A stretch of DNA of 61,757 bases, counting the filler. It is 4 parts of 4 records of this genome, joined end to end, with 100 filler letters (N's around TTAATTAATTAA, not from the genome) between each part and the next. Parts side by side here need not be neighbours in the genome. Positions count along the whole stretch, not along the records: positions 40,903 to 54,390 come from SRR20825006_615; positions 54,491 to 61,757 come from SRR20825006_631; 2 more parts are not named here. One strand, 5' to 3'. Within the stretch, counting starts at the first letter, position 1. Each line of letters opens with the position of its first letter. Positions 49,683-59,635 of the stretch are shown piece by piece. A program made the translations under genes and the position numbers. The notes beneath the pieces are model-generated. The model worked only from the letters and a program-made list of their open reading frames with translations, had not been told where the DNA came from and did not search any database.

Positions 49683-50663
49683 TCAGCCCTCAGTGGCCTG
49701 GATGCGGGCGACCAGATCCTGCAGCATCGGATCGGTGACGTACTTCTCGTAAACCGGCTTCATCGCGTCGATGAAGGGGGCCTTGTCGACCTCGTTGATG
49801 GTGACGCCGAGCGCTTCCACGGCGGCCTTGGATTCAACTTCCTTGGCGGCCCAGAGTTCGCGCTGATAGGCGACCGATTCCTTGGCGGCCTCGCGCATGG
49901 CAGCCTGATCCTCAGGGGTCATGCCGTCCCAGACGATCTTGGAGACCACCAGCACTTCGGGCACCATCAGGTGCTCGTTGAGCGAGTAATACTGGGCAAC
50001 TTCGGCATGGCCGGCGGTGTCAAAACTGGGATAGTTGTTTTCAGCGCCATCGATAACGCCGGTCTGGATACCCGAGTAGACTTCGCCATAGGGCATGGGC
50101 GTGGCATTGCCGCCCAGGGCCGCCACCATGTCCACGAACACATCCGAACCCATGACGCGGAACTTCATGCCTTCCATGTCGGCCAGCGTGTTGATCGGCT
50201 TCTGGCTGTTGTAGAACGAGCGCGCGCCGCCGTCGTAATAGGCCAGCGCGATGACATCCACCGCCTCAAAGGCGGCCAGGATTTCCTCGCCGATCGGGCC
50301 ATCCAGCACATTGTGGAAGTGCTCGGTCGAGCGGAAGATGTAGGGCAGCTGGGTCACGGTCGCCGCGGGCACCTGGGTGCCGAACGCGCCGATGGAAATG
50401 CGATTGAGATCGATCACACCAAACTGGGTCTGTTCGATCGTATCGGCTTCCTGGCCGAGCTGGGCCGAGTGGAACACTTCCACCGAATAGCGGCCATCGG
50501 TCTTGTCCGAAAGCAATTCGCCGAAGCGCTTGACCGCCTCGACGGTCGGATAGCCATCCGGATGGGTGTCGGATGAACGCAGCACCGTCTGGGCGCTGGC
50601 GGCCGAAACCAAAAGCGTGGATGCGACGACGGCAGCAGCCGCCATCCTTGGCAGATGAAACAT
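49683..50663 (-). CDS. TRAP transporter substrate-binding protein DctP
   Basis: Signal peptide; [20 protein letters not shown]. Confidence 0.95.
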   Translation of the reverse strand: MFHLPRMAAAAVVASTLLVSAASAQTVLRSSDTHPDGYPTVEAVKRFGELLSDKTDGRYSVEVFHSAQLGQEADTIEQTQFGVIDLNRISIGAFGTQVPAATVTQLPYIFRSTEHFHNVLDGPIGEEILAAFEAVDVIALAYYDGGARSFYNSQKPINTLADMEGMKFRVMGSDVFVDMVAALGGNATPMPYGEVYSGIQTGVIDGAENNYPSFDTAGHAEVAQYYSLNEHLMVPEVLVVSKIVWDGMTPEDQAAMREAAKESVAYQRELWAAKEVESKAAVEALGVTINEVDKAPFIDAMKPVYEKYVTDPMLQDLVARIQATEG

Positions 50664-50779
50664 GGTTGTCCTCCCAATGTGTCTCAAAGGCCGGGTCTCT
50701 GGTCCCTCCCGGCCGCAACGGCAGATCGCCTGCCGCCGGCCCGTCGTTTCGTATTGTCGATCGGCGGGCCTTATGCAAA

Positions 50780-50836
50780 CTGGTATGGAAGTTGAAAAGA
50801 CAAGTCAACATACAATAATTCGTATGTTGTATGATG
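50780..50836. promoter_or_regulatory. Operator/promoter region of the TRAP-kdu operon
   Basis: CTGGTATGGAAG (50780-50791); inverted repeat CAACATAC-N8-GTATGTTG (50806-50829); TTGTATGATG; TTGACT on the minus strand as possible -35. Confidence 0.6.
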
Positions 50837-50868
50837 ACTTTTCGAATGCCCTCCAACACGCTGCAAAC

Positions 50869-50898
50869 AAAAAGAAAACCCCGGGCGCTTGCCCGGGG
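50869..50898 (-). terminator. Rho-independent terminator after lpdA
   Basis: CCCCGGGC-GCTT-GCCCGGGG with T-rich run on the minus strand. Confidence 0.85.
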
Positions 50899-50930
50899 CT
50901 CCTGTGAATTTCGGCTGCGACTGGTATCAG

Positions 50931-52340
50931 TCAGATATGAATTGCGCCATCCCCAAGCGACAGCGCCGCCTCGCGAATGGCTTCGCTCAGGGTCGGGTGC
51001 GCATGGGTCGTGCGGGCCAGATCTTCCGATGCACCGGAGAATTCCATCAGCGTCACCAGCTCATGGATCATCTCGCCGGCATTCTTGCCCACGATATGGG
51101 CGCCCAGCACGCGGTCGGTTTCGACATCGGCCAGGATCTTGACGAAACCCTGCGTCGCCAGCATGGCCTTGGCGCGGCCATTGGCGGTGAAGGGGAACTT
51201 GCCGATCTTGTATTCGATGCCATCGGCCTTGAGTTCGTCTTCAGTCTTGCCGACGGAGGCCACTTCGGGATTGGTATAGACCACCGCCGGAATAGCGGCA
51301 TAGTTCACATGGCCGGCCTGCCCGCTGAGGATTTCGGCAACGGCAATGCCTTCATCCTCGGCCTTGTGCGCCAGCATCGGGCCGGCGATCACATCGCCAA
51401 TGGCATAGATGCCATCGACAGAGCTCTTGTAGTGCCCGTCGACCCGCACCCGGCCACGCTCGTCCAGCGCCACGCCGGCCAGGTCCAGACCCAGCCCTTC
51501 GGTCTGCGGCTTGCGGCCAATGGCCACCAGCGCGACATCGGCGTCGATCTCTTCGGCTTCGCCGCCCTTGGCCGCTTCCACCTTGAGTTTGAGCGAGCCG
51601 TCTTCCTGCTTTTCGACGCCTGCGACCTTGCTCGAGAGCTTGAATTCCATGCCCTGCTTTTGCAGCATGCGCTGGAACTGGCGGGCCACTTCGCTATCCA
51701 TGCCGGGCAGGATGCGGTCGAGATATTCGACCACGGTGACCTGGGCGCCCAGGCGCATCCAGACCGAACCAAGCTCCAGCCCGATCACGCCGGCGCCGAT
51801 GACGACCAGCTTGTTGGGCACCTTTTCCAGGTTCAGCGCGCCGGTCGAGGTGACGATCTGCTTTTCGTCGATCTCGATGCCCGGCAGATTGGCCGAGACC
51901 GAACCGGTGGCAATCACGATATTCTTGGTGACGATCTCGGTCTGCGACCCGGTCTGCGGGGTCACCAGCACCTTGCCGGCGGCCGGAATGGAGCCGATGC
52001 CGCGGAACACGGTGATCTTGTTCTTCTTGAACAGGTAATCAACGCCGCCGACATTGGAAGCGACCGTTTCGCTCTTGTAGTTCAGCATCTGCTTGAGATT
52101 GAGCTGGGGCGCGGGAATATCGATGCCCAGCGACTTGAAGCCATGTCCGGCCTCTTCAAACATTTCAGAAGCATGCAGCAGCGCCTTGGACGGGATGCAG
52201 CCAATATTGAGGCAGGTGCCGCCAAGGGTCGCCCATTTCTCGACCACGGCCACCTTCATGCCCAGCTGCGCCGCGCGGATCGCGCAGACATAGCCGCCCG
52301 GGCCCGAGCCGATGATGGTAAGGTCGAATTGGTCTGCCAT
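50931..52340 (-). CDS. lpdA: Dihydrolipoamide dehydrogenase
   Basis: [36 protein letters not shown]. Confidence 0.97.
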   Translation of the reverse strand: MADQFDLTIIGSGPGGYVCAIRAAQLGMKVAVVEKWATLGGTCLNIGCIPSKALLHASEMFEEAGHGFKSLGIDIPAPQLNLKQMLNYKSETVASNVGGVDYLFKKNKITVFRGIGSIPAAGKVLVTPQTGSQTEIVTKNIVIATGSVSANLPGIEIDEKQIVTSTGALNLEKVPNKLVVIGAGVIGLELGSVWMRLGAQVTVVEYLDRILPGMDSEVARQFQRMLQKQGMEFKLSSKVAGVEKQEDGSLKLKVEAAKGGEAEEIDADVALVAIGRKPQTEGLGLDLAGVALDERGRVRVDGHYKSSVDGIYAIGDVIAGPMLAHKAEDEGIAVAEILSGQAGHVNYAAIPAVVYTNPEVASVGKTEDELKADGIEYKIGKFPFTANGRAKAMLATQGFVKILADVETDRVLGAHIVGKNAGEMIHELVTLMEFSGASEDLARTTHAHPTLSEAIREAALSLGDGAIHI

Positions 52341-52363
52341 TGTCCTAAAGCCTCAGATGTTGG

Positions 52364-52996
52364 TCAGCGCTGCTGTGCCAGTGCAACACGCACAGCCAGC
52401 GCCAGGAATGTAATGCCGGTTACTCGATTAAACCACCGGCCGAAACGGAAAAACGCCTGTCGCACCCTGGGAGTCGTAAAGAAAACCGAGACCAGGGCGA
52501 ACCAGGCAAAAAGCATGAGGGCCATGCTGCCCACATAGATCACTTTGGTCTGCCCGCCCGTGTGCACCGACACCAGCGTGGTGAACAGCGCCAGGAAGAA
52601 CAGAACGGCCTTTGGATTGAGCAGATTGGTGAGGAAGCCCAGCGCAAACGCGGACATATCGCCCTTGCGCGCGGCCCCATGCTCGGACACTTCTGGGGGC
52701 TGCGGCGGCGGGCTGCGCAGCGCTGCAATCGCCAGCCAGACGAGATAGGCCGCGCCGGCCCATTTGAGGATATTGAACAGCAGCAGCGACTGCCCCACGA
52801 TCACGCCGACGCCGAGCAGGGTGTAACTGCCATGCACCAGGATCGAGGTGGCAATGCCGGCGGAAGTGAACAGGGCTTCGCGCCGCCCATGCACCACGGC
52901 CTGGCGCAGCACCATGGCGAAATCGGCACCGGGAATGACCGCATTGATGCCGAAGGCCAGCATCAGGCCGAGAAATTCGAACCAGGGAAAGTCCAT
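52364..52996 (-). CDS. LysE/RhtB family exporter
   Basis: PGADF, GAAYL, GFLTNLLNPK. Confidence 0.92.
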   Translation of the reverse strand: MDFPWFEFLGLMLAFGINAVIPGADFAMVLRQAVVHGRREALFTSAGIATSILVHGSYTLLGVGVIVGQSLLLFNILKWAGAAYLVWLAIAALRSPPPQPPEVSEHGAARKGDMSAFALGFLTNLLNPKAVLFFLALFTTLVSVHTGGQTKVIYVGSMALMLFAWFALVSVFFTTPRVRQAFFRFGRWFNRVTGITFLALAVRVALAQQR

Positions 52997-53103
52997 TGGT
53001 CGCCACCGCCGCGTGAGAACGCGCTAACGGTTACACCAGCAGGCCGCCACGGGCAACGCGCACCATGCGATTGACCCCTGCCCGATGGGCAAGGCCGCCC
53101 AAA

Positions 53104-53493
53104 CTAAACGGCAACACCCACGAACAGCATGAGCAACCCAATCAGCGAAACCATCCAGAACGACGAGCGCATCAATGGCACATCGATGAAATAGGCTGGC
53201 AGATAAGCCCAACGCGCCCAGAACCAGATCTGTGCGCCCCATTGTGTGAGGCCATCGGAGCGGCCGGAGATTTCGGTGGCGACCGCAAGGGCAATGAAGA
53301 TGCCATAGGTCTCGAGAAAATTGCGCAGGCAACGATTGCCCCGCGCCGCCCACTTGTTTGGCGGACGTTCATTGTCCCGCTGCGTGCCGGCATGAATGAT
53401 CCCGTAATCCAGGCGATAGGCCGAGGCCTGGACCGTAAGATAAGCGAAGGCCAGTGCGGCGCTCCAGATCAGAAGGGTCAGTTCAACGCTCAT
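53104..53493 (-). CDS. MAPEG family membrane protein
   Basis: R-x2-R-x3-NFLE, WARWAY, RS. Confidence 0.85.
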   Translation of the reverse strand: MSVELTLLIWSAALAFAYLTVQASAYRLDYGIIHAGTQRDNERPPNKWAARGNRCLRNFLETYGIFIALAVATEISGRSDGLTQWGAQIWFWARWAYLPAYFIDVPLMRSSFWMVSLIGLLMLFVGVAV

Positions 53494-53584
53494 GCCATGC
53501 TCCTTATGCTGCCGAATCTACGGCCGACAGCGCGGCATGGATCACATAAATAAGTTGAACTGCCAACAGCTTAGCTGAACTGGG

Positions 53585-54040
53585 CTACGACGCCGAGATT
53601 TCCTGGGCGCGCTGCAGGATATCGGGGAGCTGCGCATCGATATCGAGCGCTTCGCTCTGGATCTGCTCGAGAAAGGCGCGGCAGAATTTTTCCTTGTCGG
53701 AAGCCTGGTTATAGGCCGACATGATCTGGCTGCCGCCATAGGTTTCGGCCGCCTGCTGCTGACCCTCGGTCCCGCCTCCCAGACGCTCAATCACCCTGTC
53801 CGCCAGGTCGAGATAGCCGATATTTCTCAGATACCAATTGGCCGCAGCATCTTCATAGGCGCTGTCCAGGCCCGTGGTCTCATAGCAATGCGTGGTCATG
53901 ACATCGACGATGGCCTTTGAGCCATGGAAGGCCATGAGTTCGCCGACCAGCTCAGTATCGGCCGCAGCCTGTTCCTGCGCGAAGCCGGGTGCAGCCATCA
54001 GTGCCACCGCCGCCCAAACCATCATTCCTGTTTTCAACAC
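53585..54040 (-). CDS. Hypothetical exported protein
   Basis: AGGAG RBS, signal-peptide-like N-terminus (…APGFA/QEQ), two Cys; start approximate. Confidence 0.65.
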   Translation of the reverse strand: MLKTGMMVWAAVALMAAPGFAQEQAAADTELVGELMAFHGSKAIVDVMTTHCYETTGLDSAYEDAAANWYLRNIGYLDLADRVIERLGGGTEGQQQAAETYGGSQIMSAYNQASDKEKFCRAFLEQIQSEALDIDAQLPDILQRAQEISAS

Positions 54041-54150
54041 CACGTCTCCTGAACGCCTCATTCGCGCGTCCACACCCCTCTGCATATCAGGGCCAGATGC
54101 TAACAGAACCTTACTGTGCGCCCGTGCTCCACACACCATTGGGTGAACAC

Positions 54151-54178
54151 GAAAAAGGCCCGCCGAAGCGGGCCTTTC
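54151..54178. terminator. Terminator after sucB
   Basis: AAAGGCCCGC-CGAA-GCGGGCCTTT with A/T flanks. Confidence 0.85.
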
Positions 54179-54200
54179 AAACGCACAAATGTGGCAAGTC

Positions 54201-54390
54201 TTAGAGATCAAGCACCAGACGCTCTGGCGCCTCGAGGCTTTCCTTGACGCGAACCAGGAAAGTCACTGCTTCCTTGCCGTCGACAATGCGATGATCGTAG
54301 CTCAGCGCCAGATACATCATCGGGCGGACAACGACCTGGCCGCCGACCACGACCGGACGTTCCTGGATCTTGTGCATGCCCAGAATGCCC
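54201..54390 (-). CDS. sucB: 2-oxoglutarate dehydrogenase E2, C-terminus (5' truncated, not in ORF track)
   Basis: Manual translation [12 protein letters not shown]...[26 protein letters not shown]...LDL*. Confidence 0.93.
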
Positions 54391-54490
54391 NNNNNNNNNN
54401 NNNNNNNNNNNNNNNNNNNNNNNNNNNNNNNNNNTTAATTAATTAANNNNNNNNNNNNNNNNNNNNNNNNNNNNNNNNNNNNNNNNNNNN
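54391..54490. other. Artificial contig spacer
   Basis: N44-TTAATTAATTAA-N44. Confidence 0.98.
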
Positions 54491-54613
54491 TAAATCTGGC
54501 GTGTCTACCAATTCCACCACACCCGCGAGCCCTCTTGGCGTCCATGGAGGCGCCATGTCGTATAGGACCGGCATGGCTATCCGAACCGGCCCGGCACGTC
54601 AACTGTTATGGCT

Positions 54614-56032
54614 TCAGTCGCGGAGTAGCGGTTTAACGGAGGAAGAGACCGCTATTTTCCCGGAAGAGGAATAGGCCCCGCTATTACTTTCGATATCGCT
54701 CACGCGATACAGATAATTGATCATCATTCCATGGGCTTGGGCGAGACCCTTTTTCGATGTATCCCCAAGCCAGTTAAGCCGTTCCATCCGGGCGCCGTTC
54801 GACAGATGGAAATGTGCAACCGGGTCCTTCGCCTTGCCATCAGGACGGCGTTCCCCGTGAAGATACTGCGCCGCCATGCGGCTGACCGGCATTTTCAAGG
54901 CAGCAGCCAGTTGCTCATCCTTGTACCAGTCCGGACGTCCCAGAGCCGCTTTCAGCCGCTCACCGTCGCTCTCGCCATCCACCAGTGGTGCAAGAGCCTT
55001 GCGCTCCGCGTTGGTCAGCTCGAAGGCGTCGCTGTCCAGTGCCTGCGCCGACCATTTTCCGAATCCCGGAATCGGCGACAGGGTTGCGAATTTCTTCAGA
55101 TTCGGCACGTCGTGCTCGAGCAGTTCGACAACCCGCTTGATCAGGAAGTTGCCGAAACTGATGCCGACAAGCCCCTTCTGCGCGTTGGAAATCGAATAGA
55201 AGATCGCCGTGGTGGCCGCTGCCACATCCCCCATTGGCGCACTCGCATCGAGAATATCGTGCACATTTGCCGCCATTTCCGGCACCAGCGCGACTTCAAC
55301 GAAAATCAGCGGCTCATGCGGCATCGCCGGGTGGAAATAGGCAAAGCACCGCCGGTCGGAATCGAGCCGATTCTTCAGATCGTCCCAGGAGCGAATTTCA
55401 TGAACAGCTTCATAAGTGATCAGTTTTTCGAGAATCGCAGCCGGGCTCTCCCAGGTGATCTGCGTCAGCTCCAGCAGCCCGACATCGAACCAGGCGCTCA
55501 GCATCTCGCGCAGGTCGTCGGACAGCGCCTTGATCGCCGGTTCCGTGCGCGCGTATTCAAGCATCACGACTCGCATATCGACGAGGAATTTCACGCCTTC
55601 CGGCAGCGTCGTGAAACGCTTCAGCAAGCGGCGCCAGCGTGGCTCAAGGGCACGGCGCAGTGCAGCTTCCGCCTTTGTCCGGGCCTCGTCGTTCTTTGCC
55701 GCCCTGACGCCTTCTATGGCCTCGTCAACAGCAGCGCGGTCGATCCCGTAATTTTCAGCCAGAAGCTTCAGGAAGCGTAACTGGCCGGTCGGCTCCAGCG
55801 CCAGATACATCCCGCCAAGATCGGCCGCGCGGGCACGGGCGGAAACCTCGTCCGCGCGCACCGTCAGGCAATCTTCCATTTGCTGGCGAACACGTTCCAG
55901 ATCTTCGTCCGGCAGATCCGGGCGTGGCAGCCCAGAGAACATGTGACGCGTGGAATCGGACAATCCCGACCATGCCTGGCGCAGGTTGGAAAGTGTCCGG
56001 TCGATGAAACTTGTCGGTTGATCGTTTGGCAT
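54614..56032 (-). CDS. Malonyl-CoA decarboxylase
   Basis: YEAVHEI, EPLIFVEVAL, FYSISN, GNFLIKRV, TLSPIPGF, DPVAHFHLSNGA. Confidence 0.95.
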   Translation of the reverse strand: MPNDQPTSFIDRTLSNLRQAWSGLSDSTRHMFSGLPRPDLPDEDLERVRQQMEDCLTVRADEVSARARAADLGGMYLALEPTGQLRFLKLLAENYGIDRAAVDEAIEGVRAAKNDEARTKAEAALRRALEPRWRRLLKRFTTLPEGVKFLVDMRVVMLEYARTEPAIKALSDDLREMLSAWFDVGLLELTQITWESPAAILEKLITYEAVHEIRSWDDLKNRLDSDRRCFAYFHPAMPHEPLIFVEVALVPEMAANVHDILDASAPMGDVAAATTAIFYSISNAQKGLVGISFGNFLIKRVVELLEHDVPNLKKFATLSPIPGFGKWSAQALDSDAFELTNAERKALAPLVDGESDGERLKAALGRPDWYKDEQLAAALKMPVSRMAAQYLHGERRPDGKAKDPVAHFHLSNGARMERLNWLGDTSKKGLAQAHGMMINYLYRVSDIESNSGAYSSSGKIAVSSSVKPLLRD

Positions 56033-56063
56033 TTTCAAAAGATGGCCCAGCTTTGCCTCGCCT

Positions 56064-57572
56064 TCAACGCTCTCTTAGTGAAGAATTTTCGGAAATCACG
56101 GACCAACCGAGATCTTCGGCGAAAATCCGGGGGAAAATCTCCGGCAAATCTTCCGCGATCAGGCCGGGCCCAAAACGGTTTGCCGCCGCTCCGTTGATCC
56201 AGACACCCGCCGCAGCGGCTTCGAATGCCGGCATGCCTTGTGTCAATAATCCGAGGATCGTGCCTGCCAGCACATCTCCGGTGCCCCCCGTTGCCAGCCA
56301 TGGCGGGGCATTGCAGTTAATCGCCGCCCTGCCATCCGGCGCGGCAATGACCGTGTCAGACCCTTTCAGCACGACAACCGCCCCAACCAGTCCTGCGGCG
56401 GCGCGCGCTATCTCCAGTTTGCTACCGGAAAGACCGGGAAACAGACGGACAAATTCGCCCTGATGCGGAGTCAAGACTGCAGGAGCTTTGATCATGCTGG
56501 AAAGTGCCGTGGCCTGCCCGGCGAAAACCGTCAGCGCATCCGCATCAAGTACAACAGCCCTCTCCGCCTGAAGCGCCACCTCCACAATTGACCGTGTGTG
56601 CTCTGAAACACCATGCCCCGGCCCAACAAGAACAGCGTTCTTTCGGGCATCCTCCAGCAGCGTGCTGAATAGCGCGGCATCATCGGCCGGGGACGTAATC
56701 ACACCCGGTGCATCAGCGGAGAATAACGGACATAGCCCCGAGGTAGCGGCAACGGTCAAAAGTCCGGCCCCGGACCGGCGTGCCGCCCGTGCGGCAAGGC
56801 GCCCGGCCCCGGTCATCTCTCCCCCGCAAACAACCGCGTGCCCGCGTGTGTATTTATGGCTGACGGCATCCGGCCGCAGCAGGGCGAAAGCCCACAAATC
56901 CCGAGCATTCTCGAAAGCGGCCGGACCAATCTCGCGGAGTACGTCCGGCTTGATCCCTATATCGGTAACGATGAGCTCTCCGGACAATGCACGGCCCGGA
57001 TGAAGCAGGTGCCCCGGCTTCTTGCGGAAAAACGTCACACTCATCGCGGCCGGGACGGCGATTCCGCGCACGGCGCCAGTGTTTCCGTCGACACCGCTCG
57101 GCATATCGATCGCGACAGATGTCAGAGATCCGTCGCCAACCATTTCCCCGGCACGGGACAGGAAATCAAACGCGCCCCCTTCGATATCACGCGTCAGGCC
57201 AGCGCCGAAAAGCGCATCGACCAGCAATTCGGTTCCGTCAAGCAGCCCGGGCGCCAGTGCGGCAACCGGGCCATCCCACTTGGCAGCCGTCAGCGCAGCA
57301 TCGCCCCGGAGGCCCTCAAGCTGCCCCAGCAGCGCCAGCGTTACGTCCCAGCCCCGCTCCCGCAGCAACCGGGCGACAACAAAGCCATCACCGCCATTGT
57401 TCCCGGGACCGCAAACAACAAGTGTCCGGCGCGGCGTATACCGGGCGGCAATAATGTCGGAGACGGTCCAGCCGGCGGATTCCATCAATTCGATACCGGG
57501 CACGCCATCCCGAATCGTTATCCGGTCCGCCTCCCCCATCTCCTCGACACTGAGCAGCGTCAGATCGTCCAC
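56064..57572 (-). CDS. nnr: Bifunctional NAD(P)HX epimerase/dehydratase
   Basis: CGPGNNGGDG, DALFG, DMPSG, HKYTRG, LDADAL, TPH-x-GEF, LATGGTGDVL. Confidence 0.95.
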   Translation of the reverse strand: MDDLTLLSVEEMGEADRITIRDGVPGIELMESAGWTVSDIIAARYTPRRTLVVCGPGNNGGDGFVVARLLRERGWDVTLALLGQLEGLRGDAALTAAKWDGPVAALAPGLLDGTELLVDALFGAGLTRDIEGGAFDFLSRAGEMVGDGSLTSVAIDMPSGVDGNTGAVRGIAVPAAMSVTFFRKKPGHLLHPGRALSGELIVTDIGIKPDVLREIGPAAFENARDLWAFALLRPDAVSHKYTRGHAVVCGGEMTGAGRLAARAARRSGAGLLTVAATSGLCPLFSADAPGVITSPADDAALFSTLLEDARKNAVLVGPGHGVSEHTRSIVEVALQAERAVVLDADALTVFAGQATALSSMIKAPAVLTPHQGEFVRLFPGLSGSKLEIARAAAGLVGAVVVLKGSDTVIAAPDGRAAINCNAPPWLATGGTGDVLAGTILGLLTQGMPAFEAAAAGVWINGAAANRFGPGLIAEDLPEIFPRIFAEDLGWSVISENSSLRER

Positions 57573-57686
57573 ATGCCTCTCCAGCCCTTGAGTCGGGCGG
57601 AGGATAGGACGAGAGTGCCGGTCTTGGAATGCGGTAAATCCGCGCTACCCCAGTCACCCCGCTCACAACAAACTCTGGAATCCCCG

Positions 57687-58073
57687 ATGACCGTTCTGAA
57701 CCGTGCTCTTTGGATCGTTCTTGGTTTTGCCGGGCTGATCGCCGTCGGCATCGGCGCCTACGGCACACATGCGGCCGGTTTCGACAGCGTCGCTCATGAA
57801 AGGTTTGCCAGCGCCCTGCTTTATCATCTCGTGCATCTCGGTGCCCTGGCGGTCTCCCTGCTCGTCAGCGGACGCACAACCTCGCCGCTGGCCACGGCAA
57901 GCGGCTGCCTGTTTCTGCTCGGGATGCTGCTTTTCTCGGGATCGCTCTATGCCAGCGCATTCAGTGGCGGCGCCGCGACGACCGCACTCGCCCCGTATGG
58001 CGGCGTGTCCTTCATGCTCGGATGGCTGACTCTCGGTGTTGCCGGAGCCCGCTCGGTCCCTGGAAAGCTTTAA
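57687..58073 (+). CDS. DUF423 membrane protein
   Basis: GAYGTH, YHLVH, LFSGSLY, APYGG. Confidence 0.85.
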   Translation: MTVLNRALWIVLGFAGLIAVGIGAYGTHAAGFDSVAHERFASALLYHLVHLGALAVSLLVSGRTTSPLATASGCLFLLGMLLFSGSLYASAFSGGAATTALAPYGGVSFMLGWLTLGVAGARSVPGKL

Positions 58074-58098
58074 GGAGTGATAATTCCAAAAGAGGGAG

Positions 58099-58176
58099 TG
58101 GGGCGAGTGATGGGTCTTGAACCCACGACCTCCAGATCCACAATCTGGCGCTCTAACCAGCTGAGCTACACCCGCC
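58099..58176 (-). tRNA. tRNA-His (GTG)
   Basis: Full cloverleaf; anticodon arm CCAGA-TT-GTG-GA-TCTGG; T-loop TTCAAGA; encoded CCA; G-1 opposite C73. Confidence 0.98.
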
Positions 58177-58268
58177 ACAATTCCGCTCGCTCATTCGCGA
58201 GGGCCGTTTACCTACTGTAACATAGCAGGCCCGTCAACCGGTTTACCGTGTCGTCATGCCGGTTCTTT

Positions 58269-59432
58269 TCAGCCGCCGAAATGCGCCGCCAGCCGGTCGG
58301 CCGCTTCATCCAGGATCGCGTCCTGCTTGGCAAAGCAGAAACGGATGAAATTCTTCGACGCATTGCTGGAGTAAAAGCCGCTGACCGGCAATGCCGTCAC
58401 CCCGGCTTCGGTCGTGATATAGCGGCAGAACGCGGCATCGTCCCCATCGAAACCAAGACCGGAAATATCGACGAACTGAAAATACGTTCCCTCACACTCA
58501 ACGCAATCGAAACCGTTGATCCGGCTCAACCCGTCCGCCAGACGATCACGCTTGGCCTGCATCGTATCCCGCAGCCCGTTGAAATAGCTGTCATCCTGTC
58601 CGAGGCCAAAGGCGACCGCGCGCTGCAGATTCGGCGCCGTGGTGAAGACCAGGAACTGGTGCGCCTTGGAAATCGGCTGCAACAGATCCGCCGGTGCCGT
58701 CACATAGCCGACCTTCCAGCCCGTGACAGAGAACGTCTTGCCGGCGGAGCCGATCCGCACCGACCGGTCCCGCATTCCCGGCAGCGTCATCAGCGGATGA
58801 TGCCGGCGGCCATCGAAGGCCATATGCTCGTAAACCTCGTCGCAGACCGCGTAGCAGTCATGCTCTATCACGGTCTCGGCGATGACTTTCAGTTCGGCCT
58901 CGGTAAACACCTTGGAGGCCGGGTTCATCGGCGAATTCAGCACAACAAGTTTGGTCTTCTCGCTGAACGCAGCCTTGAAGGCCGCAATATCGAGCTTCCA
59001 TTCCGGCGGGCGCAGGGTGACCACTTTGGGAATGCCCCCTGCCCGCCTGATGATCGGCTGATAGCAGTCATATGTCGGCTCGATCACCACGACCTCGTCA
59101 CCCGGCTCGATAAGGCCGAAGAAACAGGCAGCCAGCCCTTCGGTCGCCCCCGTGGTGACGATAACCTCGGTCTGCCAGTCCACATCGAGATCATAGAACC
59201 GCTTGTTATGATCGGCGACGGCCTGCCGCAGTTCCGGAACACCAAGCATTGGCGGATACTGGTTCGGGCGATCGAACAGGAAGTTCGAGGCCTGCTGCAA
59301 GACCGCATCCGGGCCGCTGTCATCCGGAAAGCCCTGCCCGAGATTAATAGAGCCATGCTCGATCGCCAGGCGTGACATGACCTCGAACACGGTTGTTCCA
59401 AACGAGGAAAGCAGGCTGTTTGCAGGCTTCAT
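58269..59432 (-). CDS. Class I/II PLP aminotransferase (YbdL/kynurenine aminotransferase-like)
   Basis: NLGQGFPD, NQY, GATE, DEVYEH, SAGKTFSVTGWK, RFCFAK; start MKPAN. Confidence 0.92.
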   Translation of the reverse strand: MKPANSLLSSFGTTVFEVMSRLAIEHGSINLGQGFPDDSGPDAVLQQASNFLFDRPNQYPPMLGVPELRQAVADHNKRFYDLDVDWQTEVIVTTGATEGLAACFFGLIEPGDEVVVIEPTYDCYQPIIRRAGGIPKVVTLRPPEWKLDIAAFKAAFSEKTKLVVLNSPMNPASKVFTEAELKVIAETVIEHDCYAVCDEVYEHMAFDGRRHHPLMTLPGMRDRSVRIGSAGKTFSVTGWKVGYVTAPADLLQPISKAHQFLVFTTAPNLQRAVAFGLGQDDSYFNGLRDTMQAKRDRLADGLSRINGFDCVECEGTYFQFVDISGLGFDGDDAAFCRYITTEAGVTALPVSGFYSSNASKNFIRFCFAKQDAILDEAADRLAAHFGG

Positions 59433-59514
59433 CTGAGCGACTCCAGGGCATTCCACGAAAATAGTGGCATGGCGATTAGCCCAAGGTTGCGGCCAACGCA
59501 AGGCTCCCGCAGCT

Positions 59515-59531
59515 GTGCTGCAATGCAGCAC
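59515..59531. promoter_or_regulatory. Perfect palindrome in divergent promoter (PhaR-like TGC-rich motif)
   Basis: GTGCTGCA-A-TGCAGCAC. Confidence 0.5.
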
Positions 59532-59635
59532 CAAATGCGCGTGACGAAACTGCCAATTGAGCGGCCCTTTCCCCACAGCTATAAGGGCGATACGGAAATA
59601 AATAAATTCCCGATAAAATCGGAAGGAACAGGGTC

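Noticed and set aside
50889..52538. 549-aa ORF on the + strand, and similar long ORFs at 35263-36621, 41132-42679 and 43018-44547
   Set aside because: Antisense to well-supported genes (lpdA, gor, M14 hydrolase, uxuA/TRIC); no family motifs
52364..54040. LysE, MAPEG and hypothetical genes between sucB and lpdA as a novel system
   Set aside because: Small accessory genes in this interval are common in Rhizobiales and show no functional coherence
58099..58130. tRNA-His 3' end as an integration site
   Set aside because: No duplicated 3' fragment, integrase or compositional island noticed next to it
57663..58178. 171-aa minus-strand ORF starting [17 protein letters not shown]
   Set aside because: It is the translation of the tRNA-His gene plus the antisense of DUF423
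59465..59480. TGGCATGGCGATTAGC as a sigma54 promoter
   Set aside because: GG-to-GC spacing is 11 nt rather than the required 10
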